Positions 53,396 to 64,000 of a DNA stretch of 64,000 nt are shown here, one piece after another. The stretch comes from Octopus bimaculoides (Eukaryota): NCBI RefSeq assembly GCF_001194135.2, contig NC_068999.1, forward strand, positions 13,489,146-13,553,145. Direction: 5' to 3'. Within the stretch, counting starts at the first letter, position 1. Each line of letters begins with the position of its first letter. Made by a program: the position numbers and the translations under genes. The notes beneath the pieces were generated by a model. The model was not told the origin of the DNA, made no database searches, and saw nothing but the letters and a program-made list of their open reading frames with translations.

Positions 53396-54512
53396 CGTAT
53401 TTCACATTGCTTATCAGCTACATTCAGTATTTCTATCATTACTGCATTTTTATCCGGTCTGTACTTCTTTAGCTCCAACTTCGTTCTTTGTATCCCCTAC
53501 TGATTGTTTAATGCGATCAATCTCTAATTCATGTTGCTTCTGGCATTTGCAACTTTGCTACAATCTACATTGAAGCGCAGGAGAAACACGAGACGCAAGA
53601 GAAATCCGAGAAAGCTCAACAATTTAAGGTCAAGCAACTGATATGCAAATCTCTGACTCTGAGCTGTAACCCATATTTCTAGAGAGATTATGTTCTTCCT
53701 TTGGTGGCATATATTTTAAAAATATTTTACACAAACCATCATGTGCATAGAAAACAATATACATTAATCTCTATTTTTGTAAGTAATTGTATGTATATAG
53801 CATGTCTATATTTTTGTATGCAGTGTAAAGTAAAGAAATATAACCATATTGCAAATATCTTGCACACTTGCAACTGCTGCGATAATTATGGACGGTTAAT
53901 TGAACAGCGGATGTGTATTTTTACATAAATTGGACCTGTCACGTATTTGGCTTTTGTCAAGTGTTTGTTTAGCTGCATGTGTGGGCTTAATAAGGTAGGT
54001 AACAGGCACACAAATACACACACACTCAGACAACATACACATTCATATAAAAATGTGACGATACAGACACTTACATAGAGTAAGAGAGACACGTACACTC
54101 ATACATACACGCATGATAGTCGTCACCTGTGTATACATTTGTGTAGATGTGTGTGTATGTTTAATAATGTACCTTAGGCGGAAACACACACACATAGGGA
54201 CATATACACTCATGCACCCACACACATAGGCTCAAAGACACATGCACGTTCATATATGTGATATTGTCGTCGTAGTAGTTTGAAACCTCCTTTACTAACT
54301 TGTACGCATCGAACACGCTAAGAAACACGCAAAATTGAAAGAATAAAAGTGAAGAGATATTACAAAACGGCTTTCGATAGGGGGGGATGTAAATATTGTA
54401 TTTAAATAGACGTCGAGCAGAAAATTAGAAATACGTAAGGAGAGCGTACAAATAAAGTGAGGACAAATATATTTACGCCCGACAAAAATGAAATATATTG
54501 CAGCCGATTTTC

Positions 54513-54521
54513 AGAGAGAGA

Positions 54522-54591
<70 letters not shown>

Positions 54592-54627
54592 CAGACACAC
54601 AAAGACGCTGAGAGAGAGAGAGAGAGA
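54513..54627. repeat. (AG)n microsatellite
   Basis: Directly visible. Confidence 0.95.
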
Positions 54628-54905
54628 TTTGGTGAGTGAAAGAAGCAGATATCTGTATATGTGAACGTGAGTTAATTAGAGAAGGAGAGAGAGAAAAGGG
54701 AGTGAATAGCTTGAAAACTGCAGAGATCAAAGGAAGAGAATCAGTTTAAAACTGCAGTTTTTTAGGGAGAAAAAGAAACACATTTGAAAAACCCATCGAT
54801 TTCTCGCATTACCTTGGAGATTTTGGCAAAATGTTATCGTCCATGACTATCCGTGGTAGATAAGTAATATGCCGAGGTGGCGTAACTTGAAGGTGAAGGT
54901 TTGTG

Positions 54906-55385
54906 ATGGAGGTGGAGGAGACATCAGCTGAGGTTACCAAGGGAAAGATCAGAAAACAAGTGGACTCACCTCTGAAGAGCCCAATAGGAACGGAGACAGA
55001 GCATAAGGTACACATGTTTTACTACATGAACCTCCAACAGCCTCAGCAGCGAAGGAGAAAGATAGGGAGGCCATCACAGAGAGCCCAGTTCCACCGCACG
55101 AACGAACAGTCGGGAACTCGGAAGGAACATATGGCATATTGTAGCATATATAAGGCGATCATATGTGGAGAGGAATTCGCCAAATTTGAATCAGTGATAG
55201 GAGTTGGTCTGCGAACGTACCGTTGCCCAGAGCGTGCAAAAGCCATAGTGGTAGACAGGGAGAGTTGTGAGAGATTGAGGAGGTGGTTTGGATGCGAAAT
55301 GAACTTAATGGATGTGACGGAGGAGCTTGGTGATATAACGCCGGTTATGGATTGCGATGACTTCTTACAATATATTAAATGGTAA
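54906..55385 (+). CDS. Intact orphan ORF of about 160 aa, unknown function, probably mobile-element or virus derived
   Basis: Uninterrupted complex-composition frame MEVEETSAEV...DFLQYIKW in a visibly G+C-richer island; in-frame stops just upstream; AATAAA at 55634-55639. Confidence 0.45.
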   Translation: MEVEETSAEVTKGKIRKQVDSPLKSPIGTETEHKVHMFYYMNLQQPQQRRRKIGRPSQRAQFHRTNEQSGTRKEHMAYCSIYKAIICGEEFAKFESVIGVGLRTYRCPERAKAIVVDRESCERLRRWFGCEMNLMDVTEELGDITPVMDCDDFLQYIKW

Positions 55386-55729
55386 AGCGTGAGTAAGTTT
55401 TCAAATTTTTTAACGATTACACACTTGATAATAAAAGGGAGAAAGGAGAAAGAAAGGATATAAAACTGTGTATTAAAACAGCTAAATGATACTGCTTCAG
55501 AGTGGATTTCAAACAACCATTACATGCTCATGTAAATACTATACACTCTCATTCATACTATTTTATGCTCTTTGTCCCCAATGTGGTGTTCTGTCTGTCC
55601 TTCTGCCATCCCCCACTGCGTCATGGACTGTGTAATAAATAATGAATAATGGTCGGCTAAGATACGCCGTTCGGACGAGTCCCGTAGAGACGACGAAATA
55701 CGTCGTCATCATGGGACATATCAAATTAA

Positions 55730-57480
55730 CATATCGAATTAGTATACAAATTAGATAATGATTCTCTCGTCAATTGAAGAAATAATCGGAGACAAGCTAT
55801 TTGATAGAGAAATGCGTTACATTTGTTGCATTTCCTACGGTTATAATTAAAATTCAATAATTTTGTTTTCGTTAATTGAAGATATAATAAAGTTATGTGA
55901 TAGAGAAAAGACAACTTTAAGACATTTATACTTCATAATATCATGATATCTATTTTTCTTTGTATACTGTTTAGAGAAATATTTGTATAATGCCCCGAAC
56001 AAATTATTCTTAATTTGCTTTGTGAAAGGAATTATAAACCGAATAATATCTTTCCTATCAGGAGATGCATAATAATTTTCTAATTTTTGAACCTTGTGAA
56101 ATATATACGGGTTTTGTTTTTTAATACTCTATTATGCATGTTCATAATCGTGCTTGGATAATTAGAAGAACGATGGAATAAATTGGTTATCGTGTTTTGA
56201 ATATCATATTCGCTTATCATTTAACGTTACCTACCATAACCTTATTCCTATTCCTGGCAGTTTGTTTAAAATCTTTACTAATAATGTAAGATACATTGAT
56301 GTTATTAGAGATGATGATTCATATATTTAGGATAATACTTCTATTTTTTAATATACCTGGTTTTACGGAGTGCCACACTAGAGAAGTGGAAATTTTTGAC
56401 AAAAATAGCTTTATTAGACGATAGATAACAAATTCTTTTAGAGATATTTTACACCCAAAAATTCTTTACAGAACAGGGACGGTTACGTTTGACATCCATA
56501 TGCGTAACATTGGAGTTAGGCATATAATATAAAACACTCATTTGCCACTAATGAGATTAAGATTAACACCGAGGATTTTAACCGATTCATGTTCATTTTC
56601 GATCGTTATAATGAACCTGAATTTTAAAACAATTTAAAAAAGTTCTTCTTAGTTCCAGTTTTCTATTAGGTAGGTTAGTAATGGAATGGCAAACAGGGCA
56701 TCGTCCCTATATAAACCTCCCGCAATTTCAAGAGAATCAAGTCCTAATATAACAGCTATATAGATACCAGCTAATACTGTAAAGTGGTAACAATCTGCAG
56801 ATCCCATGGCTATATGAAAGCTGCCATTATTATCAATCTTAGCACAATAATTATTTTCAAATACATACTTACATATATATATATATAAGGTTGAGGAGGG
56901 TATTGGATTTAACTAAACCCAAAAGGATACAGGTAATACCGAGTAAGTGTTGTATACCGACTAGTTTTGCCCCAGTCGTTGTATGAACAGGATTGAGGAT
57001 TATAAGTCGTGTATTAGCGTGTGCATATATACATATATAAAAGGATAAAGAGAGCAATGGTAAGGTTGGAAATATATTTTATGGATAGAGACTTGCAGCT
57101 GTTTCTGGGAAGACCCAGTACTTCCCTTCATCGGAGACAGAAATAGTAAAGGAATCGATCATTATATCCATAGGCGGAGAGTTTTAGTATGAAGTGATAG
57201 TGAGTGTGATGTGCTGAAAAAAGAAAGAAAGAGAGAACAGTACTTGGAGTGTTTGTTTCATTCCAGTAGTAAGTATCCGTGTAGAGTAATCATTGTGGGT
57301 ATAATCCGGAAATAGTTGCTGCAGCAAAGACTGAGATAGCAGAGGTGAATATATGCCATATTGTTTCCGAGGTATTTTGCTTGTGTTCACTTGAAGGATG
57401 CCCAGGTCTTGACCTGTGTTGTGAAGAGATATATCGTGTACTATCTCATTGAAAATATTCGAGAATTTACACACTTGCGC
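55730..57480 (-). mobile_element. Decayed Penelope-like retroelement RT (Naiad-type), lacking a recognisable GIY-YIG domain
   Basis: Ordered minus-strand motifs SLYP (near 57085), IAMGS (56799-56813), GLYRDDAL (56700-56717), ITIENEHESVKILGVNLNL, KRICYLSSNKAI, RKDIIRFIIPF...KNRYHDI...LKVVFS, KCNKC; (TA)n insertion near 56875. Confidence 0.8.
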
Positions 57481-57509
57481 TGAGATATTTATTTCATTTT
57501 GTGTGTCGA

Positions 57510-57567
<58 letters not shown>
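57510..57567. repeat. (TA)n microsatellite
   Basis: Directly visible. Confidence 0.95.
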
Positions 57568-57572
<5 letters not shown>

Positions 57573-57992
57573 CATGTATTTATAGTTACGTATGTGTGTG
57601 TGAGAGAGTGTTTGTTTGCGCTTGAACTGTTGGTAGGAGTGTATGCATCTAAGTGTGCGAATGTTTGTGCATATTTCTTATTTTTTAAGGATTCTATATT
57701 TGTAGTAACGCTGCGTGTGTATCTGCGCATTTCATAACTAGTGTTATTCAAAAATATTTACTGTGTGCAATTGATAATTTTGATTGGCAGCTTAAAAGCC
57801 AAGTTTACAATACTTTAATAGCTGCGAACATTTGTGTTCTTGGCAACACAATTATCCAAATATGAAAACTGAAATGAAGGAAGTGTAAACAAATGGACAG
57901 ACGTGATGTCAGATTTTGAACGTCTCTATTACTGTCATTACTATTATCATGGATATTATTGACATTTTCTTACAATTATTACTGTTTCTTCG

Positions 57993-58275
<283 letters not shown>

Positions 58276-59049
58276 NNNNNNNNNNNNNNNNNNNNNNNNN
58301 NNNNNNNNNNNNNNNNNNNNNNNNNNNNNNNNNNNNNNNNNNNNNNNNNNNNNNNNNNNNNNNNNNNNNNNNNNNNNNNNNNNNNNNNNNNNNNNNNNNN
58401 NNNNNNNNNNNNNNNNNNNNNNNNNNNNNNNNNNNNNNNNNNNNNNNNNNNNNNNNNNNNNNNNNNNNNNNNNNNNNNNNNNNNNNNNNNNNNNNNNNNN
58501 NNNNNNNNNNNNNNNNNNNNNNNNNNNNNNNNNNNNNNNNNNNNNNNNNNNNNNNNNNNNNNNNNNNNNNNNNNNNNNNNNNNNNNNNNNNNNNNNNNNN
58601 NNNNNNNNNNNNNNNNNNNNNNNNNNNNNNNNNNNNNNNNNNNNNNNNNNNNNNNNNNNNNNNNNNNNNNNNNNNNNNNNNNNNNNNNNNNNNNNNNNNN
58701 NNNNNNNNNNNNNNNNNNNNNNNNNNNNNNNNNNNNNNNNNNNNNNNNNNNNNNNNNNNNNNNNNNNNNNNNNNNNNNNNNNNNNNNNNNNNNAAAGTGA
58801 GAGAGAGAGTGTGACAATAGAATTGGATAGAGTGTATTAAATTAGATAAACAGTTATATATAGCTATATAGATGAGTATTACTCCAAGCAGCTCTTGAAT
58901 TCCACCAAGAACCTCAGTAGTATTACATAATTGAACAAGAGGTAATTATACAAGCTAGAAACCTATATGACGTCTGAGAAATTGTAGTGGTTTCAGGAAT
59001 GTTGGCAGTTATTTTATTTACGACACCCTATGATAAAACCCGTCGGATG

Positions 59050-60290
59050 GAACACATACTAATCGCCGTTGTTACTGGCGTTATATAATAACTATCCATC
59101 TTACGCACTCTCCTTTCCGCATGGGTCTTATTCTAATTTCAGTGCACTTGTTTGTAGTTCATGTATCTGATGCATACATAATGGTGGGCATCGCAAGTTT
59201 CTTCTTAGCACATGGGCAAATTACTCCTCACAATGTGAAGCAATTTAGTACAGGCTCCCCATCTTGATGTTAATGTTGTTCAATTATTTTGACCTAACTT
59301 TTATCCCTATATGAATATTATTTGTCTAGGTGAGATATATTGGTTTTCCTCATGCGTTACTACATTTACAGCTGCGAGGTGATGGTTGGGGATTATATAA
59401 ACATGCAGAGTGCATTAAGGAGAGATATATAAACCAAGTTCAAATCTGAATCCACATGTTTTGATTCCTTGTATTGGTTCTATGTGTATTTCCGTTGATT
59501 CTTTAATGTTAGCGAAAATCAGTATAGAATTTTCAGTGAATTTGAGACGATTTGGAATGCATCCGTTTATATTTGTTTCTTTATATGGTCAATATATATG
59601 TTTCAATTATTTTTAAATACAACTGTGAATAATTTGGTTGATATGGTGCATCGTCGACTACTTTACCAAATTTTGCATCAATAGTTTTCTGGATTATCGT
59701 TTTTGCAGTTCTACAGCCGTTGTACAAATTCCGTAACGACGTAGTCATCTTCAATTCTCTTTCCTCTACTGCTCTCAGTATATCATAAATTTCCAAGAAA
59801 TCAAGATTTCTCAAAATACAGAAATGTTTAACACAATGGTATGTTGTAAGTTTAGTTTGTAGCACGTATGCAGTGTAGAGTGCTATAGTTTGTCCTGAAG
59901 CGAGTCTATTTTGCTTTGAGTGTTCTCATCTCAATTAATTGTGTTATGATTTTTTTTAAAGGGCTTGTATAAATGTGACAAGGCTGATTATTCTATAATA
60001 GTTTAGATCTTGGTATCTCATTTTTATAAAGAAGTATAATTTCGGAAGTTTCTCACAAATCCGGTATCTTATGTTGATGTGTGCATGTTGCATATAATTT
60101 AGCTAATATCTTCCATTGGAACAACCACTTTTATTATGTGTATTTCAATGTTTTTCGTATCCGCAGTTATCTTGTTTTACATTTCCTTTACAACATTTGT
60201 AAATCCAGTCTCTAAAAAGTCTGGTTGTGTTTTTCATTCAGGTATTGATTTTACGAGGTTAATTGTCTGTCAGTGTTAACTTTTTGACAG
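59050..60290 (-). mobile_element. Decayed RTE-like LINE reverse transcriptase fragment
   Basis: SEIILLYK, YYRIISL, ILRAVEE...LRNLYNGCRTA, QLYLKIIE, KLAMPTIMYASDTxTT (about LLYGSETWT) in the expected order on the minus strand. Confidence 0.75.
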
Positions 60291-60899
60291 AACGCTGTCT
60301 CCGAATTGCTTGAGACTCACAAATCGAAATTCTTTTCTTTTTCTTTAGATAGCTATTTTACCAAGCATATTTGCTCCTTCTTCTCTGTGAGAATGAAGCG
60401 TGTTACATCACTTATTTATTATTCATATTTTTTTTCCCTTTAAAGTTGCTTAAACGGTATATGTTTTTTTTCTTTTTTTCTTTATGTGTCCACTCTTGTA
60501 TGTATTTGTGTGTGAACAACATAAACATTACATGTGTTTATGTATATGCAAAAAACAGTAAAGTAGAAACGGAAGCGTCTATATTTATAGAAATGAACAT
60601 ATATATATATATGATTAATAGTTTTACACAGCTGTTTTTTTATAGAATGATTGTCTTTTTTACGTGCTGTTTCCTATGTTGCCCAGGGATATATCAGCTT
60701 TACTTGTTGCTTATATTTACCCGCACGTGTCTTATATATGAAAGAACTACTTCAGCTTCTTAAGACGACTTACATTAAAAAAAAAAAATTGTTTATCATT
60801 TTACTAGGAGTTGAGTGGGGTGCTTTTGATAACTCCTGTCCGGCGATGACCTCGGATTTAATTTTTTCTCTCAATGAGTTCGTTAATGCAATAACGATA

Positions 60900-61155
60900 T
60901 AATAATAAGAACAAAAGCTACAGCAACAACAACAAACTAATCTTAATGATAATAATAATGATGATGATGATGATGATAATAATAATAATAATTTCAACAA
61001 CAACAATAATAATAATAATAATGATAATAATAATAAAAATAGTGATTCTAAAAATGATAATTACTATTATTATTATCATCATCGTCATCCTCCACGACCT
61101 CCTCTCCCTCCTCCGCATCATCATCATCATCATCATCATCATAATTATCACTATT
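60900..61155. repeat. Degenerate compound trinucleotide tract (AAT/AAC/GAT/ATC)
   Basis: Directly visible. Confidence 0.9.
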
Positions 61156-62872
61156 TGAATTATCAATTTTTACTCAATACAATTTGATATTCCAATAGTA
61201 AAGTTATTCAAATACATTTTGCGTTCAGTTATATCTTTGAGAAAGAGATCTAGGACGCAAGGGGATATGTCTTTTAACTGGAAGACAAAAAGCATGGTTA
61301 TTTACAGAATAGTTGTGTCATTAAGAATTTGCTTGTGGCATTTAACCTGAAAATGCGTATTCATGCTTGAGGGATAGAGCCAGGCTTAAAGTGAATTGTG
61401 TATAACTTGGCAGGATGCAAATAAAAGCTATATATGTATATATATATATATATATATNNNNNNNNNNNNNNNNNNNNNNNNNNNNNNNNNNNNNNNNNNN
61501 NNNNNNNNNNNNNNNNNNNNNNNNNNNNNNNNNNNNNNNNNNNNNNNNNNNNNNNNNNNNNNNNNNNNNNNNNNNNNNNNNNNNNNNNNNNNNNNNNNNN
61601 NNNNNNNNNNNNNNNNNNNNNNNNNNNNNNNNNNNNNNNNNNNNNNNNNNNNNNNNNNNNNNNNNNNNNNNNNNNNNNNNNNNNNNNNNNNNNNNNNNNN
61701 NNNNNNNNNNNNNNNNNNNNNNNNNNNNNNNNNNNNNNNNNNNNNNNNNNNNNNNNNNNNNNNNNNNNNNNNNNNNNNNNNNNNNNNNNNNNNNNNNNNN
61801 NNNNNNNNNNNNNNNNNNNNNNNNNNNNNNNNNNNNNNNNNNNNNNNNNNNNNNNNNNNNNNNNNNNNNNNNNNNNNNNNNNNNNNNNNNNNNNNNNNNN
61901 NNNNNNNNNNNNNNCACACGGGCACACGCGCACACACGAACGCACCAACACACACATACATCCACACATATTCATACACTTTCTTTGTTTTGTGGCAATA
62001 ACAGAAATGCATATACATACATACACACTAGGACGGTAGTGCGGGCGCGTAAGTCTCGCTTAAGGAAGGAAATAATATAAAAATTGCAATATTCCTTATT
62101 TTTGCGATCGATATATTTTTTATAGATTGTGAAGTTATATATTTTGGAGCGAATAAACTCCAGAAAGGTAAGACTGTATTACGAACGAATATATATATGC
62201 ACCTCGTTAACTTATAATGTAACAAGATTCGGAAAATATAAGAAGCATATGCTTGTTACACGAATTGTAAGTATGATTTCTAACCTTTTACGGTTTTGAA
62301 GTGTAAGAGGCGTCAGGACATCGTTTTGTGTGTTTCGCGCTGTTTGTTCAGACATTCTGCACACCGTTCTTAAATGACGATCAAGTCAGACTTGCCTTCC
62401 ATTTATTTCGAGTACGAAAAATAATAAAAATGAAAGGTTATGTAGTGGTGAGACTAACCTTTTTCGGACCAAATGCCTTGTCTTAGCAGCTTATAATTTA
62501 TATTTGTAAGTATAAATCACTCCTGATCCTACAAGGAGGAGGAAATTCTAATACCACTTCAACCTGGGAACTATCAATCAACTTTCAAATCTTGAAAACG
62601 TTGCTATTTTTTGTTTCATACTTTCTAATTCGTTTTACTCCTAAGAGATAATTCTGAGACAACATTCATTTGTGTGTGAAATGACCTATATTATATATAC
62701 ATTGTAATTCACAGTATTTAAATTCAATGGTGCAGCGTTAAAGAACCACAATTACATAAATGCTTTATAACTTGTACCGTAATATTTGCGAAGCCACCAA
62801 ACAGAATTTATGTAACTTACTTGTTGTAGCTCTCAAAGAAGTGTTCCAAAATAGGCTAAAAGAAGAACCTGC

Positions 62873-63032
62873 TCGCGAATTGTCATGAGCGATATAAATT
62901 TCTTAATCGTAATGGGGATTATGTAACAACATATATATATATATATATATAAACACACAACATGGCATAGGGCTGCTGTTGTTACATAATCCCCATTACG
63001 ATTAAGAAATGTATATCGCTCATGACAATTCG

Positions 63033-63035
<3 letters not shown>
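62873..63035. repeat. 59-bp near-perfect inverted repeat (one mismatch)
   Basis: 62873-62931 is the reverse complement of 62977-63035 except taaatt versus tacatt. Confidence 0.92.
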
Positions 63036-63097
<62 letters not shown>

Positions 63098-64000
63098 TGT
63101 GCCATGTTGAAGGAAAAACCACAGTTTCATGGTCCTACATGGATATCACAACGCCTATATATGCTTGCAGAATCCACTTGAAGTTTGCTGATTTTCTGAA
63201 TAGATACCAATTGAAAAAATGTCGTATAAATCAGCAAAAACACTAGTGTTAATAGAAGCCACTAGAAAGTGCAGTCTAACGGACTACTTAACAACGACTT
63301 CAATTTTACTTGCAAGTATGCCCGGTAGACCCATAAATCATATGACTAATTAACAGTAAATAGTAAAGAAGAAGAGACATGATCACCGCGGAAGGGAATT
63401 AATTCTCGAAATGAAAATGTTAGAAAGTACACATGAAAAGAAAAAGGCCATGGAAAAGAGTGGTGGAACAAGCAATTTGAATCGGATCTCTAACTTCTAA
63501 TTCCATTGACTAAGAATAGCTTATAAAGGAATCTCTATACACATGCTTGGGCAATATGTAAGAAAAATGAAATGGGATAGGCCGCCGTCATTAGCAAAAA
63601 TGAAAATTATTTTTAACTATACCCAGCTGTGATTTTGCGCTATTTCAGAAAGTTTTCTATAACACAAAAACATTCAGATGCTTCCGTGCCCATTAGCTTT
63701 TTAAAATGGCATATCATCATTATAATTTTAAGTTAATGTATCAATAAGATATTTCTTTTATAAGCCAAAGTATATCTTATACATCAATTGCTCAATCTTT
63801 TTCTTATATTACGTAATGGTTCGCCTATGCATTAGTATATTATTTTATCCGGAAAATATGTTAGACCCTTTGACTTAATCATCATTATTGTTTTTAGACG
63901 TTGAGTGGAAGCATCATTAGCGCAAAAACAAAAGAAAAGTAAAACAATAAACTATTTCGTCCGGCGCTTATGTTCTATTCCTAATTCCGGCAATTATGAC

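Noticed and set aside
55679-55717. Possible SECIS element for the Naiad-type RT (minus strand AUGA hairpin)
   Set aside because: Lacks the 3' GA of the quartet and the apical AA, and the helix geometry does not fit.

Overview
AT-rich eukaryotic genomic DNA from a gappy short-read scaffold (about 15 N-gaps, almost all flanked by microsatellites). The repeat families resemble octopod cephalopod (Octopus-like) DNA; this is inferred from recalled repeat consensus sequences, not a search. No host protein-coding gene can be called confidently, and most listed ORFs are artefacts of microsatellites or N-runs. The window holds microsatellites, tRNA-headed SINEs of at least two families, four decayed R4-clade LINE fragments, RTE-like and CR1-like LINE remnants, two Tc1/mariner remnants and a decayed 1.75 kb Penelope-like (Naiad-type, GLYRDD) reverse transcriptase. 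The most notable signal is several unrelated short repeats carrying minimal type I hammerhead ribozyme folds: a canonical one inside a foldback element (37.4 kb), a G3-C8 compensatory core variant (45.6 kb), one in a tRNA-head/(AAT)n composite (36.6 kb) and decayed relatives. An intact orphan 160-aa ORF sits tail-to-tail with the Penelope-like RT. All structures were folded by eye and none was computed or tested.
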